Below are positions 38,723-52,200 of a stretch of DNA of 64,000 bases, piece after piece. Position 1 is the stretch's first letter, and every line of letters begins with the position of its first letter. Location: NCBI RefSeq assembly GCF_000143415.4, contig NW_003314299.1, forward strand, positions 314,979-378,978, in the 5' to 3' direction. The notes under the pieces were generated by a model. It was not told where the DNA came from. It was given only the letters and a program-made list of their open reading frames with translations, and did not search any database. Both the position numbers and the translations under genes were made by a program. The stretch is from Selaginella moellendorffii (lineage: Eukaryota; Plantae; Lycopodiophyta).

Positions 38723-40339
38723 GTCTAACAAACGTAACTTGTTTGAACCAAAGGCTCTGACTTGGAAAGTCGAGAGTGGGAGTGGAACTCTGAATAAAAT
38801 GCTTGAGGAATGAGCATGAAACAATCGGTAAATAAGTCTCTAAAAAGGGACACAAGGAGGATTGACACATAGCAAGTGTCATGATACATAGAAGTCTCAA
38901 GAATGAGTCCAAGAAGGAGTCCAAGATGGAGTTCAAGAAGGACTTTGAGATGGAGTCTGAAATAGAGTCCAATATGGACCCGAGATGGATTCTGAGATGG
39001 AGTTCAATATGGACCCAAGATGGACCCAATATGGACCCGAAATGGAGTCTGAAATGGAGTCTAAGATGGACCTAAAATGGAATCTGAGATAGACCTGAGA
39101 TGGAGTCTAAGATGGATCTGAGATAGAGTTCGAGATGGCCCTGAGATGGAGTTTGAGATGGAGTCTGAGATGGTGTCTGAGGTCAAGTCCTAGATGGACC
39201 TGAGATAGAGTCCAAGGTCGAGGCTGAGAAAGAGACCGAGACTAAGACCAAATTTAAGACCAAGTCTGAAACCAAGTTCGAGATGGAGTCTAAGTCTAAG
39301 TCTGAGTTCAAATCTAAGGGTGAAAGCCCAAAGCAATCATCTCTTAAACCCTGGGGGGTTTGGTAAACTCCAAACTTATAGTAGAGGGAGGACTCTAGTG
39401 GAGTTAGTTTGGCCAGAAAAGGCTAGTGTGACCAAGGAAGGTTATACTTACAAATTGTGTGATATTATAACCATTGAGGAGTTTAAGGCTAGAGTGAACA
39501 CAAATAGACAAGTGGGGTAACTTTATGAAGTGTTCAAGAGTCAACTCTAGCTCCCTCAGGAGATCAAATGATTGATATTCCTAATCTAAGTGTGGATGGC
39601 ACTACCTACTTGGATACTTGGTATGGCTCATTGGAACCTCACTCTAGCCACATGACTAGGGCACCCAAAGACAAAAGATAGGGAGAGTACCCACAAATCT
39701 TACATAGGGCCATGGTGTTTCGAAATATTGTTCTAAAGTCCCAGACTATAGAAAGGAAGAAGAATAATCCTTTAATGTAGTGGCTAAAGATGCAGTCATG
39801 TAGCAAGGAAGTCCTAGAAGTCAATAGGACATAGTGGTTGGGCCTTTGGGCCTTGACCCAGTGGCAGTGTTGATGAACACAACTTGGGATAAACAAAGAC
39901 TTAGTGGAGACCGAAAAAAGGATGTTAGGGAAGGTTGTTCTTTATATCTTTAAGTATCCTAAAGATGATAAAGAGTGGTTCTGGGATTACCACTCATGAT
40001 GGATGGCTTAGTCTTTGAGAGATGGAACTATGGCATGGGTGGTCTAGGATTACCAATGAAACAAAAGTAAATAAATATAGTTTTAGTGTAATAGGTTGAT
40101 ATATCGATAATACCTTTGGGGTGTCAATCATAAAATCAGATACATGGAGCACTTGAACTAAGTGCAAAGGTTGAGTAGCATAAATGCCATTTACAGGGTT
40201 AGTAAATTCCCAAGTTTGGAATAAAACTTATGGAGTTTGTGAGTGAAACTCCTCTAAGTGGTTGGAGATGTGGTTAAGTGACTAAAGTAGAATGGAAAAT
40301 TTAGTTGCTTACAAAATATTTTACTATTTCTCAAGTCCA

Positions 40340-40870
40340 GAAGCATTAAGTATTCCAAGACTCTTAACCAATTGGAAAAAAATGGTAAACTTTTATTCAT
40401 GGGCTTTTTCCATCTATATTTAAATGTCTCTCAAATAGCTCTTCATGACTCTTTTGAGAGCCTTACTCTCTTGCTAGGTGTTAATTAAACATATGGTATG
40501 ATTCTCTTATCTAACTAATAGAGTTTAGATTTCTTAAAAGGTCACTATTTAAACCCAAATATATTTAACCCCAAATATCCCAAGACTTTTAACTAATTAA
40601 AAAATGAGATGTAATAAATTCTTTCTTTTTATATTTGAACCCATATACAAATTATTCTCTTTAGTTGCTTACAATCTACAAATAAATTAAAAATTTTATG
40701 CAATTAGTGTGGTTAGATTGTTCTAGGAACTTTAGCCCTAGCCTTGTTTGAACACAATATTTTTTTGGATTACTTCCAATAGCTTTTGTAACTTGGTGGA
40801 AAGAAAATGAAAATCCAAAAATTTATAACTCAAGAATCAAAAGAACCCAAAAACTTCTTTAAGTGATGAT
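40340..40870. repeat. AT-rich repeat including degenerate Cassandra-like LTR sequence (to 40673); inverted partner at 46137-46590
   Basis: CCAAGACTCTTAACCAATTGGAAAA and TATATTTGAACCC..GTTGCTTACA match 13730-13841; TAGTGTGGTTAGATTGTTCTA is the reverse complement of ~46266-46287. Confidence 0.75.
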
Positions 40871-40999
40871 AATCTATCTCTATGACTATATTAAATATTA
40901 ATAACCTCTAAGTGGCAGCTCAAACAAATATAATTATATCATGGTTTTATTATTTTATAATGCATAAAAAACAAGTGGGAACAAGGACTCGGTGTCTTG

Positions 41000-43342
41000 G
41001 TTCTTTGTATGCACAAAATGGTCATATGGAAGAGGCCAAGCTGATGTTTTCCCAAATGCCAGAGAGGAGTTTGATTTCTTTCAACATGATGTTATCTTCA
41101 TTTGGTCGGTGTGGATGTGTACAAAAAGCTTACAGAATCTTTAACAACATGCCTGTTGAGAGTAGATGCTCAGGTAGATGCTTAGCTAGGCAGTTAGGAT
41201 GATGTTGCATTAGGCAGTTGCCACAGCCCATGTATATATAGCTTCATATATACAATATGAGCAGTCGTTACCAGCAGTCGCTGCCTTTTTTATCATGGTA
41301 TCAGAGCACAGATCTTGAGGACCTGTGAAGGATGAAGAAGAAGAAGAAGCTTCCAGATGCCAATGGCAGAAGCAGAGTAGCCTAGAGTGCAGCAACAAAG
41401 CAATGGCAGAGCCATACCAGCAGTGAGGAGCGGCAGATAGTAGCGACTCAGAAGCCCTGGAGCGGCAGAAGATGCTGATATGCTCCAAGAGAGGAGCAGC
41501 AGAGCAGCCAAGAAGCCCAGGAGCAGCAGAGCAGTGACTCAGCAGGCCAAGAAGCAGAACGGCGGCAGGAGTGGCCAAGATGCTCCAAGAGAGGAGCAGC
41601 AGCAGCCAAGTGAGCGGCGGCAGATAGCAGTGGCAGAGTTGGCTGAGAAGCCCAGCAGTGGCAAAAGAGCTCCAAGAGAGGAGCAGCAACAGCCAAAGGA
41701 GCGTGGCAAAGCAGCCAAGAGTGGCAGAGGCAGCAAGCCCTAGAGCAACAAGATGTTGTCAGTTGTATGCATGCTGAGCATCTTATGTTCAGGCTTTGTC
41801 TTAGTTTGTAGACACGCCTGAGTGGGAGTGTTGAGAGTAGATGCTCAGGTAGATGCTTAGTTAGGCAGTTAGGATGATGTGGCATTAGGCAGTTGCCACA
41901 GCCCATGTATATATAGCTTCATATATACAATATGAGCAGTCGTTACCAGCAGTCGCTGCCTTTTTTATCAATGCCTCACAGGGATTTAGTGTCTTGGAAC
42001 ACCATGATCTCTGCATATGCCTACAATGGGTATATCAACGAGATGGTTCAGGTGTTTGATGCCATGCCCAAGAGAGATATGATCTCTTGGACGGTGGTTT
42101 TAACGTTGCATGCGAATAATAGAAATTTTGACATCTTTGAGAAAATGCCAGAAAGAGATCTAGCTGCTTGGAACTGTATCCTGAATTCATATTCCCAAAG
42201 TGGGTATCCCGCAGGAGGCAAGGCGTGTGTTTTATTCTATGCCTCAGAGAAGTCTCCTTTCCTGGACTGTGATGTTAATCTGCTGCAAATTCTAGTTTAC
42301 AGGAAACAAAGAATATATTCGAAGCCATTCCAGAAATTAATCTAGTTTCGTGTACGTCAATGATTTCTGCATATGCCCAATCAGGGTATCTTTTGGAAGC
42401 TAAATCACTATTTGATAGAGTGCCATGCTGAAACATGGTAACATGGACCGCGATGCTGGCAGCATGTGTGCACGCTGGCAGCATCTTCATGCCCGAGGAC
42501 ATCTTTCAAAAAATGCCATTCAAGAATCCAGTCGCATGCAACACCACGCATGCAACACCATGCTAGATATGCCCACGCTGGCAAAGTTGAGCAGGCAAAG
42601 TGTATATTTGACAAAAATGCCATGTTGGAGTTTAGTATCGCGGAGTTCACTGCTGTATGGGATCAAGAGATATGGACTTGACACGACGATTTTTGGAAAA
42701 AATGCCATACTAGCAGCTAGTTTCTTGGAACACCATGCTTGATGCTTATGCCCAAAACGGGTATATGGCAGAAGCAAGGTCATGTTTAATGCAATGGTGG
42801 AGAAGGACGTAATTTCTTGGACTATAATGCTTGCTGGCTATGGCCTTAGTGGCCAGAGTTTATTTGCAAGAAAAACTTTTGCCCAGATGCCAGGGAAGAA
42901 TGAAGTTTCTTGGGATGCAATGCTCAGTGCATGTACCCAAGCAGGGGATTCGGTTTCTATGTTTGAGTTGTTTCACACTATGCAGATGGCCGGCATTTAC
43001 AACCAAGTTGGATTTGCCTCCGCTCTCAATGCTCACGGCCAAGTTGGCAGTGTTAAATGTGCTAGAAGTTGTTTTGGTTCAATGGCTTTTGATTGTGGCA
43101 TTCAGCCATGTCACCAGCATTACTCCTGCATAATCGATGGCTTAGCAAGAGCTGGTTACATTGACAATGCAAGAGAACTCATCGAAAACATGCCATTTGT
43201 TCCCACTTCTTTGGATTGGCTGTGCCTTTTAGCTGCATGTCGGAGCCTCAAGTGTGGAACCTGTGTATCAAAATGGGTGTCTGGAATTGCGAGCAGCAGA
43301 GCTATGTATCCTCTCCTGGCAAATGTATGGGCTTGGCATTGA
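41000..43342 (+). pseudogene. PLS-class PPR gene with E domain (organellar RNA editing factor type), disrupted by a TRIM and frameshifts
   Basis: Repeated MPxRDLVSWNTMISAYAxNG motifs; C-terminal HYSCIIDGLARAG..IENMPFVP..WLCLLAAC; no DYW domain seen. Confidence 0.88.
41154..41970 (+). mobile_element. TRIM (817 bp)
   Basis: 142-bp LTRs at 41154-41295 and 41829-41970 (2 differences seen), PBS TGGTATCAGAGC 41296-41307, PPT GAGTGGGAG, TSD ATGCC. Confidence 0.95.
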
Positions 43343-43925
43343 TAGAATCTAAGGAAAAAATAACTGCTGCCTGGATTATGTTGTCAAATTGCTCGAGAAT
43401 TAAGACTAGAAGGACCAATTGCGTTTCATGCTTGATAAATTCAAATATTGACAAAATATTTGTCTATATAACACCCAACATTCCCAGGATCTGAGCGTGG
43501 ACCTCCTGGACCAAATCACCAGAGGCTCTGAGAGATCGCGAGCAACTTCAATCAGACAGATACCTTGCAATACCTAGTGATTGAGGTGTGTGGAAAGTGC
43601 AGCAGGCGAATGATGATCCGCCTGAGGGAATGTGTTTGATTCTATGCGAATGTTCTCAAAACTTTTCATGGAAAACTAGAAAACGATCAATGTTTGATGC
43701 CTGACGACGATACTTGCTGCCATGATAGGTACTAACAGAGCAAATATTCCTTTGCGCCACGATGCTCACACGAAGCTCTTCCTAGCGGTGGAGATGGAAC
43801 GCGATGCCCTCGTCAAGGCAACGTGGGGCTGCCTTCTTTGCAATCGACACTCCAGCCGACTCGATCCAACGCCTTGGACTCCTCCAAATCGTGCGGTGCT
43901 TCGGTATCCGGCCTAGTCTCGCTGC

Positions 43926-44025
43926 NNNNNNNNNNNNNNNNNNNNNNNNNNNNNNNNNNNNNNNNNNNNNNNNNNNNNNNNNNNNNNNNNNNNNNNNNNN
44001 NNNNNNNNNNNNNNNNNNNNNNNNN
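43926..44025. other. Assembly gap (100 N)
   Basis: Run of N. Confidence 1.
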
Positions 44026-44039
44026 GCTTCACAGGAATC

Positions 44040-45781
44040 TTAGACAAGCACGCTTGATTCCTCTGGCAACAGCACGCAACGTAGCTCCGACCTCTCAAAC
44101 TCCTTGAAGGATCGGTCACCAGTGATGTAGAACACAAAGGCGGGAGGGGACTTGTCAAGGATGTATGTCACTGCTCCAAGAGGGAGGCAGAGCATGGAGA
44201 CGTGTACCGCAGCGAGTGCTGCCACTAGCCAAGCGAAAAGAAAGCCGTAGCTTGGGTAAAGCGTCCAGGCCTTCCCGAGTACTGGGAGTGCCATGGCGAA
44301 GACCGAGTCGGAGATACCTTCCCTGCCAAAGAAACAGAAGAATATTAGAGAGCTTTGATTGATCAAAACTGTCACACCTGTAATCGAATGTCTGGAGATA
44401 TGGATCTACAACCGCTGAAATGCCTCCCGTGGAGCATCGAAACCAACTGAAGCCATTCTCCACAACACAGAAAGCATCGGCCTCTTTCGCCCGGGGACCG
44501 CTTGCTCCCCAAGTCGCGGCTGGTTGGAGCATGATATCAATCCTAGCACATTCACCAGAAACTTAGAGAACACCGTCATAACTTCGCTCTACCTCTTTTT
44601 CCCGGCCTGCCGCATCAGGTCTGGAAACTCGAAATCGTAACAAATAGCTCCTCCAATCCGCCCGAGCTCGGTCTTGATGGCAGGAAGAATGGGAACCCCT
44701 GGAGTTCCATACCACTCCATGAATGGAACCAAGTGGGATTTCCTGTAGCTAAATCCAATGGAGCCATCGGGAAGAACGAGGTCGAAATAGTTCCCGACGC
44801 TCGCGTCCTTGTACTCGTAAGTGATGCCAACGTAGGCACCGTGCTGGGAAGCGATCTGTCCGGCTTTGAATTGGAGAGAATCCCTCTCCTGTTTGAGGTC
44901 GAGTTTCACCGCAGCCTCGGACCAGAGCACCAGTCGATCGCCGGCTCGGAGGCGCCGGCTCGTCCTGTTGAGCATCAAATCCATGTCCTCGTAGAAGAGG
45001 ACCTTGCCCAGGACGCAAGAGACCGGCACTGTTTTCTTCATCGTGAGGGCGATGTCCTTCTGGAAGAAATCCCCCGAGAAAATGGAGACCCTGGCGCTGC
45101 CGTAGAACAAGATCGAGAGAGCAATGGCTCCAAACGCCAGGGAGTGGCCGCGATGCATCTGCGTAGCACGCTTCTTGTCGGATTTTTCCATCTTGGAAAG
45201 ATTCTCGTTGAGAACGGCCCTGTCGTGGAGAATCGCCGAGAACCACGCCATGAGGAATGCGATCCCATCGATCCCCCACATGCCGGCGCTCATCACCAAC
45301 GGCAAGATTGTAACCTGGGAAACGGCGGGATGGAGGAAGGAGCCGACGCCGCCGAATCGATTCCACAACAACCATGCCGTGGTCCAGATCGACGAGAATA
45401 CCAGCGGCTGGACGTTCTTGCTCGGTCAAAACGCTTCCTGTAGCCGATGCTTGCAAGAAATGGGAGGAGAAGAAACCACAGCGCCAGTGCCCAGATTATT
45501 CCCACAATTGGCACACTGCTGGCCGTGGAGTTGTCCGGGCTCACCTTTCCCGGGAAGAATGCCAAGAATGCCAGGCTCGCGGCAGTGGTGTGGAGGATGA
45601 GCGTCAGGAGAATTGTGAGCTCCGCAGAGCTCCATGAGCAAGAATTGTGCTAAATCCCTGATTTGTGGAAGAAATGCAGGAGGAAAAATGGTTGGAGCCA
45701 AGAACAAATTGCAACAGATTGGAAACCAAAGAAGAAAGTGCACGCCACCGAGAAAATGGCCAACAGTGCCACCTTCTTCAT
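44040..45781 (-). pseudogene. Membrane-anchored carbon-nitrogen hydrolase, apolipoprotein N-acyltransferase (Lnt)-like; two apparent frameshifts
   Basis: Catalytic E-K-C motifs LVLWSEAA, YRKSHLVP and ICYDFEFP; VENGFSWFRC..GGISAVVDPY; hydrophobic N- and C-termini; introns 44543-44592 and 44323-44377; frame breaks near 45650 and 45425. Confidence 0.8.
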
Positions 45782-46136
45782 ATCTTGTGGTAATTTATAT
45801 TCTTATTATTATAAGGTGAAAGGAAAATACTATAAATATTTAGGGAATATACCTTAATCTAGCCGTTTTAATTTTTTCACTCATAAAATTCGTTTGTAAT
45901 CAGTGTTTAATACTATATCTTAAATATAGACCAAACGTCTAAAGTTAACTGAAATCTTTGGGAGGAAAAAAATGTACTATTTGACTTTCTTATAATACAA
46001 GACTCCTATCCCCTTGCCCATATTTACATCTTCTTTCCCACTTGTATTTTTTGGATTATAAAATATAAAATAATTATATTTGTTTAAGCTGTCACTTAGA
46101 AGTCATTAATGTTTTGATATGGATATAAGATAACTC

Positions 46137-46590
46137 ACCATCATTTAAAGAATTCTTTTGATTCTTGGATTGTAAATTTTTGAATTTTCACTTTGTTCCC
46201 ACAAAGTTGCAAAAGCTATTGGAAGCAATCCAAAAAATATTACGTTCAAACAAAGCTATTGTTCTTAGAACAATCTAACCACACTAGTTGCATAAATTTT
46301 TTAACTTATTTGTAAATTATGAGTAATCAAAGAGAATGACTTGCATAAAAGTTCAAATATAAAGGGAAAGAACCATTTTTCAATTAGTTAAGAATTTTAA
46401 GATATTTAGGGTTAAGTGACTTCCCGGAAATCTAAACTCTATTGATTAACTAAAGGAACTATACTATATATTTGATTAATATTTAGCAAAAGAATCAGGC
46501 TCTCAGAAGAATGTTACTTAAGAGATGATCAAATATAGAGGGAAAGGGCCCATGAATAAAAATGTATATTTTTTTCCAATTGGTTAAAGA
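46137..46590. repeat. Inverted partner of 40340-40870
   Basis: Colinear reverse-complement similarity with indels. Confidence 0.75.
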
Positions 46591-46686
46591 TGAAATATAG
46601 AAAGAAAGAGTATATGAATAAAATATTATATTCCAATAATTAAGGGTATTGGGATATTGGGTCTTGGGATAACCACCTTTACCACT

Positions 46687-46820
46687 AACTTTGATATTTT
46701 AAGATATTCTACCATTTAATAATTAGATTAGTTTTGTATTTAAACACTTTTTTAGTATATTCTAGTTTATTCTACTTTTAAGTTGGGTTGATCAATTAGG
46801 TTAAAAAATAATACTAAACA
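46687..46820. repeat. AT-rich dispersed repeat, inverted copy at ~63700-63833
   Basis: AACTTTGATATTTTAAGATATTCTACCAT is the reverse complement of ~63805-63833. Confidence 0.75.
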
Positions 46821-47399
46821 TAAGTATATGGTTATAATGCCTTATACTAATATTAGTATAGTGAGATTTTAGTAGTTGTTAGATTGGTTTCAATTCAAAC
46901 CACTCACTTTTGTATATCAATTAGGATTTTTGGGCTAATTGATATGCACATTTTTTGTATTCCCTTTCCATATTCCATGCACTTGCATTGCACTCACATT
47001 AGTGGAAATGAGGGGCATCTTTGATTGTCTTTGAAGAGTGTTTGGATTTGGGATTTTGGTTTAAATTTAACTTTTGCATCATTTAGATCTAGCTTTTCTG
47101 TTTTCTTTCTTTTATTCTTTCCTTTTGTTTAGATTTAACTTTTGCATTGTCTAAATCTCCCTTTCCTTCTTTTCATTTCTTTGCTTTTACTTTTTCTCCT
47201 TTTCATTCATCTTCATGGTAGAGTAGCAATCTCCTCCTCTTTTAACTTTGGAGTAGCACTTGGTGCAATTGTTTGATGCTATGCAATTGTAGTTGAATAA
47301 CCAATTGATGGCATTCATAGCATGTGGTATAACTCTTTCTACTCTTAGTGCTAATCCTCGCATTTGGCTGAATTTCTTTCGTAGGAATCCTAAGGATGA

Positions 47400-49216
47400 T
47401 GTGTATTATTGGTTCGATTATTTCCACATATCATTTTTAGGATGATGTTTAATGTTTATGTGAATTTTGCATATGTCTCCAAAGGATGGCACTATAGTGG
47501 TACAATGGTTTAGGCACAACTACTCATGGGGATTGGAGTATTCTCTCAGATGTCTTCAAATGCACATTCGGACATGCCAACAATTGTGATGACACCTTCT
47601 AACAATTGTATCATCTTCGTCAAGGGCTATCTGAGTTGGTGATGCAACTTGGCGTTTGTTTCCAAAGCTTCTTGCTTCGTGCAGAGCCAAATATGTCAGA
47701 GCAGATCAAACTAGGAATGTTGTGGCTAGCACTTCGTTAAGATCTTGTAAGACTTGTGCATGCACTTGATTTAGCCACCCTTGACGATGCCCTTCACTTG
47801 GTACAACGTTATGAGATGTTGCTTCTTCCATTTCTCATTACACGTCCTTTAGCTCTACTTCTTGTGGGAGCTAGTCCTATTCTAATAGAAGTTGATGGTG
47901 TTGCTACTTGAGTTTAAGGACAAGAGTGAGGATGTAGTTGTGGCCGTGATGTTCATTATTGGGCATGTGATGACATTAATCACACTTATCGGCATTGTTG
48001 GCGTTTTTCAGATTGGTGACTTCCATTTTCTAGGTGGAGACCTTGGCATCAACAACGTCTTATTGGTGCTATTGCAGTGAAAGGTCTAAACACCGAGATG
48101 CATCTGGGAAATAAAGAGTCACACGAGTAATGGAGGGACTTTGCATGAATAAGTTGGTGACCCTTCCATTTTTCTTTCAAGAGTATTATTAAGGGGTTCA
48201 CTTGGCACTAATTCATCGAGTGTTTACTTTCCAAGTTTGTAATTATAACAAAAGGGTTTTCTATTATTCTCTCCGTATTGGTTGATACAAAATTCAAGTT
48301 TATCTTCTATTGCTCAACTTGTTGCCACACATTGCCCTCTACATTTACATCGTGTGGCAGAGCCAATTTTCATTCTTTATAGCAACGGTTGTACGCATGC
48401 ATGTGCATGGGATGAGGCAGACCTAATTGTGCTTATAAGTGATCTTGAGCTTGGGTTGCAGGCATTGTGGGTGGTGCCAAGTTAAGCTTTTGACGTTATC
48501 CTTAGTATAGATTGGTTGTAGTGCAATCATGCCAAGTGTGACTTTGAGGCTTCTCTCCCTTCTTTTATACTTCTTTATATTTCATTTATTCCTCTCACTT
48601 CTGTACCTCTTTGTCCCTTTGCTTCCATTACTTTTGTCTCACCATTACTTCCTTCTTTGTTTCTATCTTATTCTACTCTTCCTTTTTTGGATTCCTTTGA
48701 CGGTCTTTGTATTGTAGCAGTTGACCAGTTAATGAAGGAGCATGTTAATCTCTTTGAATTTAACCTATCATCTAGGGCCAAAATTACCACACATCATTTG
48801 ATTCCAATTGGGGATGCTTGTCTAATCAAGGTTTATGTTCATCGTTAGTCACCCAAAGAGATCAAGATTTTATGTGCAAACTTCAAGGAGATGTTAGAAA
48901 AAGGTGTTATTCAAAAGTTGTGGAGTCTTTGGGCATGTGAACCTCATATTGTGATGAAGCATAATAAGAGTATTCATTTCTGCATCAATTATTATCCATT
49001 AAACAAGATGATGATCTTGGATGTGTACCTTTTTCCTCACACTACTGATCTCTTAGATCACTTGGGGATAAGTCGTTGGTTCACTAAGTTAGATTTTTCT
49101 TCTGGGTACTAGCAAGTATCGATAGTTGAAAACAATATTCTTAAGACTGCTTCTCATACACCATTTAGTTTATATGAGTTCTTGGTGATGCCATTTGGTT
49201 TGAACAATTCTCTAAT
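47400..49216 (+). mobile_element. Highly degraded Ty3/gypsy gag-protease-RT remnant (family D), cut by the A3 insertion
   Basis: MLEKGVIQ..FCINYYPLN..FTKLDFSSGY and [12 protein letters not shown] motifs; left boundary approximate. Confidence 0.75.
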
Positions 49217-52200
49217 TGTAAGGAACCAACTCCCCGAGGTGTCGAAGGCTAAAGGATCCCCAAAGCATGACCAAAATGACAAAGAGTTCATTGGATAGGA
49301 CCGAGTTTGAGATCGAGTCCAAGACCGACTCTGAGACCGAGTTCGAGATGGAGTCTGGGATCGAGTCCGAGGTTGACTCGGAGACCGAGTTTGAGACCGA
49401 GTTCAAGACAGAGTCCGAGATCCGAAATTGAGTCTGAAGTCGAGTCCGAGATCAGGTCCGAGATCGAGTCCGAGATTGAGTCTGAAGTTGGGTTCGAGAT
49501 CGAGTCCGAGATCGAGTCCGAAGTCGGGTCCGAGATCGAGTTCAAGATCGAGTCCGAGACCGAGTCCGAGTACTAATACAGGTCAAGGGGTGAAAGCCCA
49601 AAGCGTGCGTCTCCTGGGGGGGAGAGGGGGCTATAGGGGGTTCCAAAAGTATAGTAGGGATAGTGAGGTCCAAAAACCAGTCTTGAAAGTATAAACCAAA
49701 GCCCCCACTGGTATTCAAAGGAGTGAATGACTATAAGGTGGTGGAGGATTGGTTTTATAATATGGAGAACTATTTCCGAGTGTTGTGGTTACCAAGCTCA
49801 GAGAAGGTCCCATGTGCAAAACCATACTTGGCAGAAAACACTAAGTTTTGGTGGAGAATGATAGAGGCCAACGAAGGACTAATGGCCATTTGGGAAATGA
49901 TGAAGGCGAGGATCCGTGTGACTTATATTCCCCCGAATGCTACTCTGCACCTAAGGGATGAGTTGAGTAGGCTGAAGCAAACCAGAACTATTCAAGAGTA
50001 TATAAATGGGTTTATGGCAAAGAGGATACTAGTCACAGATATGGGTGATATGGATGCGTTCCATGCCTTCATATCAGGCTTGCAAACCTGGGCTCGCGGT
50101 GAGGTGATGTGTTGGAACCCAACCAACTACAAGCTATAGCTACAGCTACCAACTACAGCTATTAAGGTGCATTTCCATGATAACCTGCGAAAGGGGAACA
50201 CAACGGGGTCGAAGTCCACGTTTAGCAAAAGGGCCAAACCAAGGGGAACATATAGCAAAAGGAAATTCAAGAAGAGTTTCTCTAAGAATGAGTCAGGATT
50301 CCGGAGAGGCAAATTCAATAGCTAGCGAGTGAGTATATGTAGGAGTCAAGTAAAAAGAGACAAACCTACAGATAAGAAGGGCAAGTCAGCTAGTAGCGTG
50401 GGAAACAACATATGCTACAACTGTGGTGAAATGGGACACTTTTCAAAGGAATATCCCTACCCAAAAAAGGCCAGAGCCAATATGGCCATTAAGTCGGGTA
50501 AAATCCAAATTGATGTACGTGTTCCAGTCCCTAACTCAAAGTTACTCATTACACAAGCAACTTTGGTAGACAGTCGTTCATGACATCTACTAACCCTCTA
50601 AGGGAAGCTTGGAGGTAGCTTTGTTAAGATCCTTATTGACACAGGTGCTTCGGATAATTTTGTGGTTGTAGACATAGTTCGGCAAGCCAGACTAACGGTG
50701 TAGCGACTGGGTGAACTAAGGATTATAGAGTTTGTTCAAGGTAGCCAAAGCACCGATGAGGTACTTCGACAAGCGAGAGTTAAAGTGGGGACATGGAAAG
50801 TAGACATGGATTTCACCGTGTTGGACATGGCAGGATTTGATGTAATCTTCAGCATGGATTGGTTCAATTGGTTCGTGGTAGCCCTGCATGGACAAAGTAG
50901 GAACTTTATGGTACTAGCAAATGCCAAGGAGAAAGATCCAGGGTGGAGGCCCAGGATCTAAAGGTAGGGCAATGCAAGGCCAAAGATTCCTACCTAAACT
51001 TGGTGTCCACAAGAGGACAACTCATTAAAGGAACTAAAACAGCATTTTTGTGCTTACCCTCAGTGAGGAGTGACAAAAGATCGGGAACAAAAGAAGTACC
51101 TTTAGTGATCCAGCGAGTGTTGGACCAATTCCAGGATATCATGTCGGAGGAGCTACCAGCGGGGTTGCCCCCTACACGACCGATAGAACACAAGATTGAG
51201 CTGGTCGAGGGTGCTAAGGCTGTGGTTCGTCCCCCCTATCATTTAAACGAAAAGGAACTCGAGGAGCTCAAGCACCAACTAGAGGAGTTGGTGGACAAAG
51301 GGTATGTTAGGTTAAGCAAGTCGCCGTATGGGGCGTCGGTGTTATTTGTGGAAAAGAAAGATGGATCTATGCGCATGTGCATAGACTACCGGTTGCTCAA
51401 CAAGTATACAAAGAAGAACAAGTACCCTTTGCCAAGGATTAAGGACCTGTTCGATAAGTTGGGAAAGGCAAAATACTTCTTGAAGATCGACCTAAGGTCA
51501 GGATACTACCAGATTAGGGTAGTAGAGGAAGATGTCGAGAAGACAATCTGTCGAACAAGGTATGGAAACTTCGAGTTTCTAGTGATGCCCTTCGGGCTAT
51601 GTAGTGCACCGGCAACATTTTCAGCGTTGATAAACCATATCTTTGTATCCTATATGGATCATTTCGTGGTTGTCTATATTGACGACATTTTGATCTATAG
51701 CAAGACACTAGAAAAGCATGCCAAACACTTGACGAAGGTGTTTGAGAAGTTAAGGGAACACTAGCTGTATGCTAAAGAGAGCAAATGTAACTTGATATTA
51801 CCAAATTTTGGTAAGGACTTTGAGGTAGAAACGGATGCTTCGGACTTTGTGTTGGGCACAATGTTGAAGCAGGACAACCATCCAGTAGCGTTCTTCTTGA
51901 AAAAGTTGGATAAAGCTCAGCGAAAGTGGCCTACCCATGAGAAGGAATTGTTTGCGGTGGTCAATGCGCTCAGTGGAGACACTACCATGGGAGACACTTC
52001 AAGGTTTATATGGATGGCAATGAAACACTTCTTATCACAACCCGACCTGAGGGGGAAACAGAGTCGGTGGGCCAATGCTTTGGTCGAGTTTGATTGCAAG
52101 ATTCTGTACAAGCCTGGGAAGAGCAACATCGTGGCAGATGTTCTAAGTCGAAAAGTGAGCTTGAAGTTGGCGATATCCAGCACAATGACAACCTTTTGGG

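Larger units (their letters stand above)
29590..40313 (+). mobile_element. Old family B copy (3' internal region, PPT, 3' LTR 31117-31191 + 38723-40313) interrupted by B3
   Basis: Diverged homology to the B internal region and LTR; LTR starts TGTGAG at 31117 and ends CTTACA at 40313. Confidence 0.87.

Noticed and set aside
8469-39075. Many Ser-Asp, Arg-Ser, Glu-Ser and Leu-Gly rich ORFs
   Set aside because: They are by-products of stop-free LTR minisatellites that are open in several frames on both strands.
43440-43925. Possible gene fragment before the first gap
   Set aside because: Coding-like composition, but no recognisable motif or supportable exon structure.
44733-45600. Plus-strand ORFs of 236 and 158 aa
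   Set aside because: Antisense shadows of the GC-rich Lnt-like gene.
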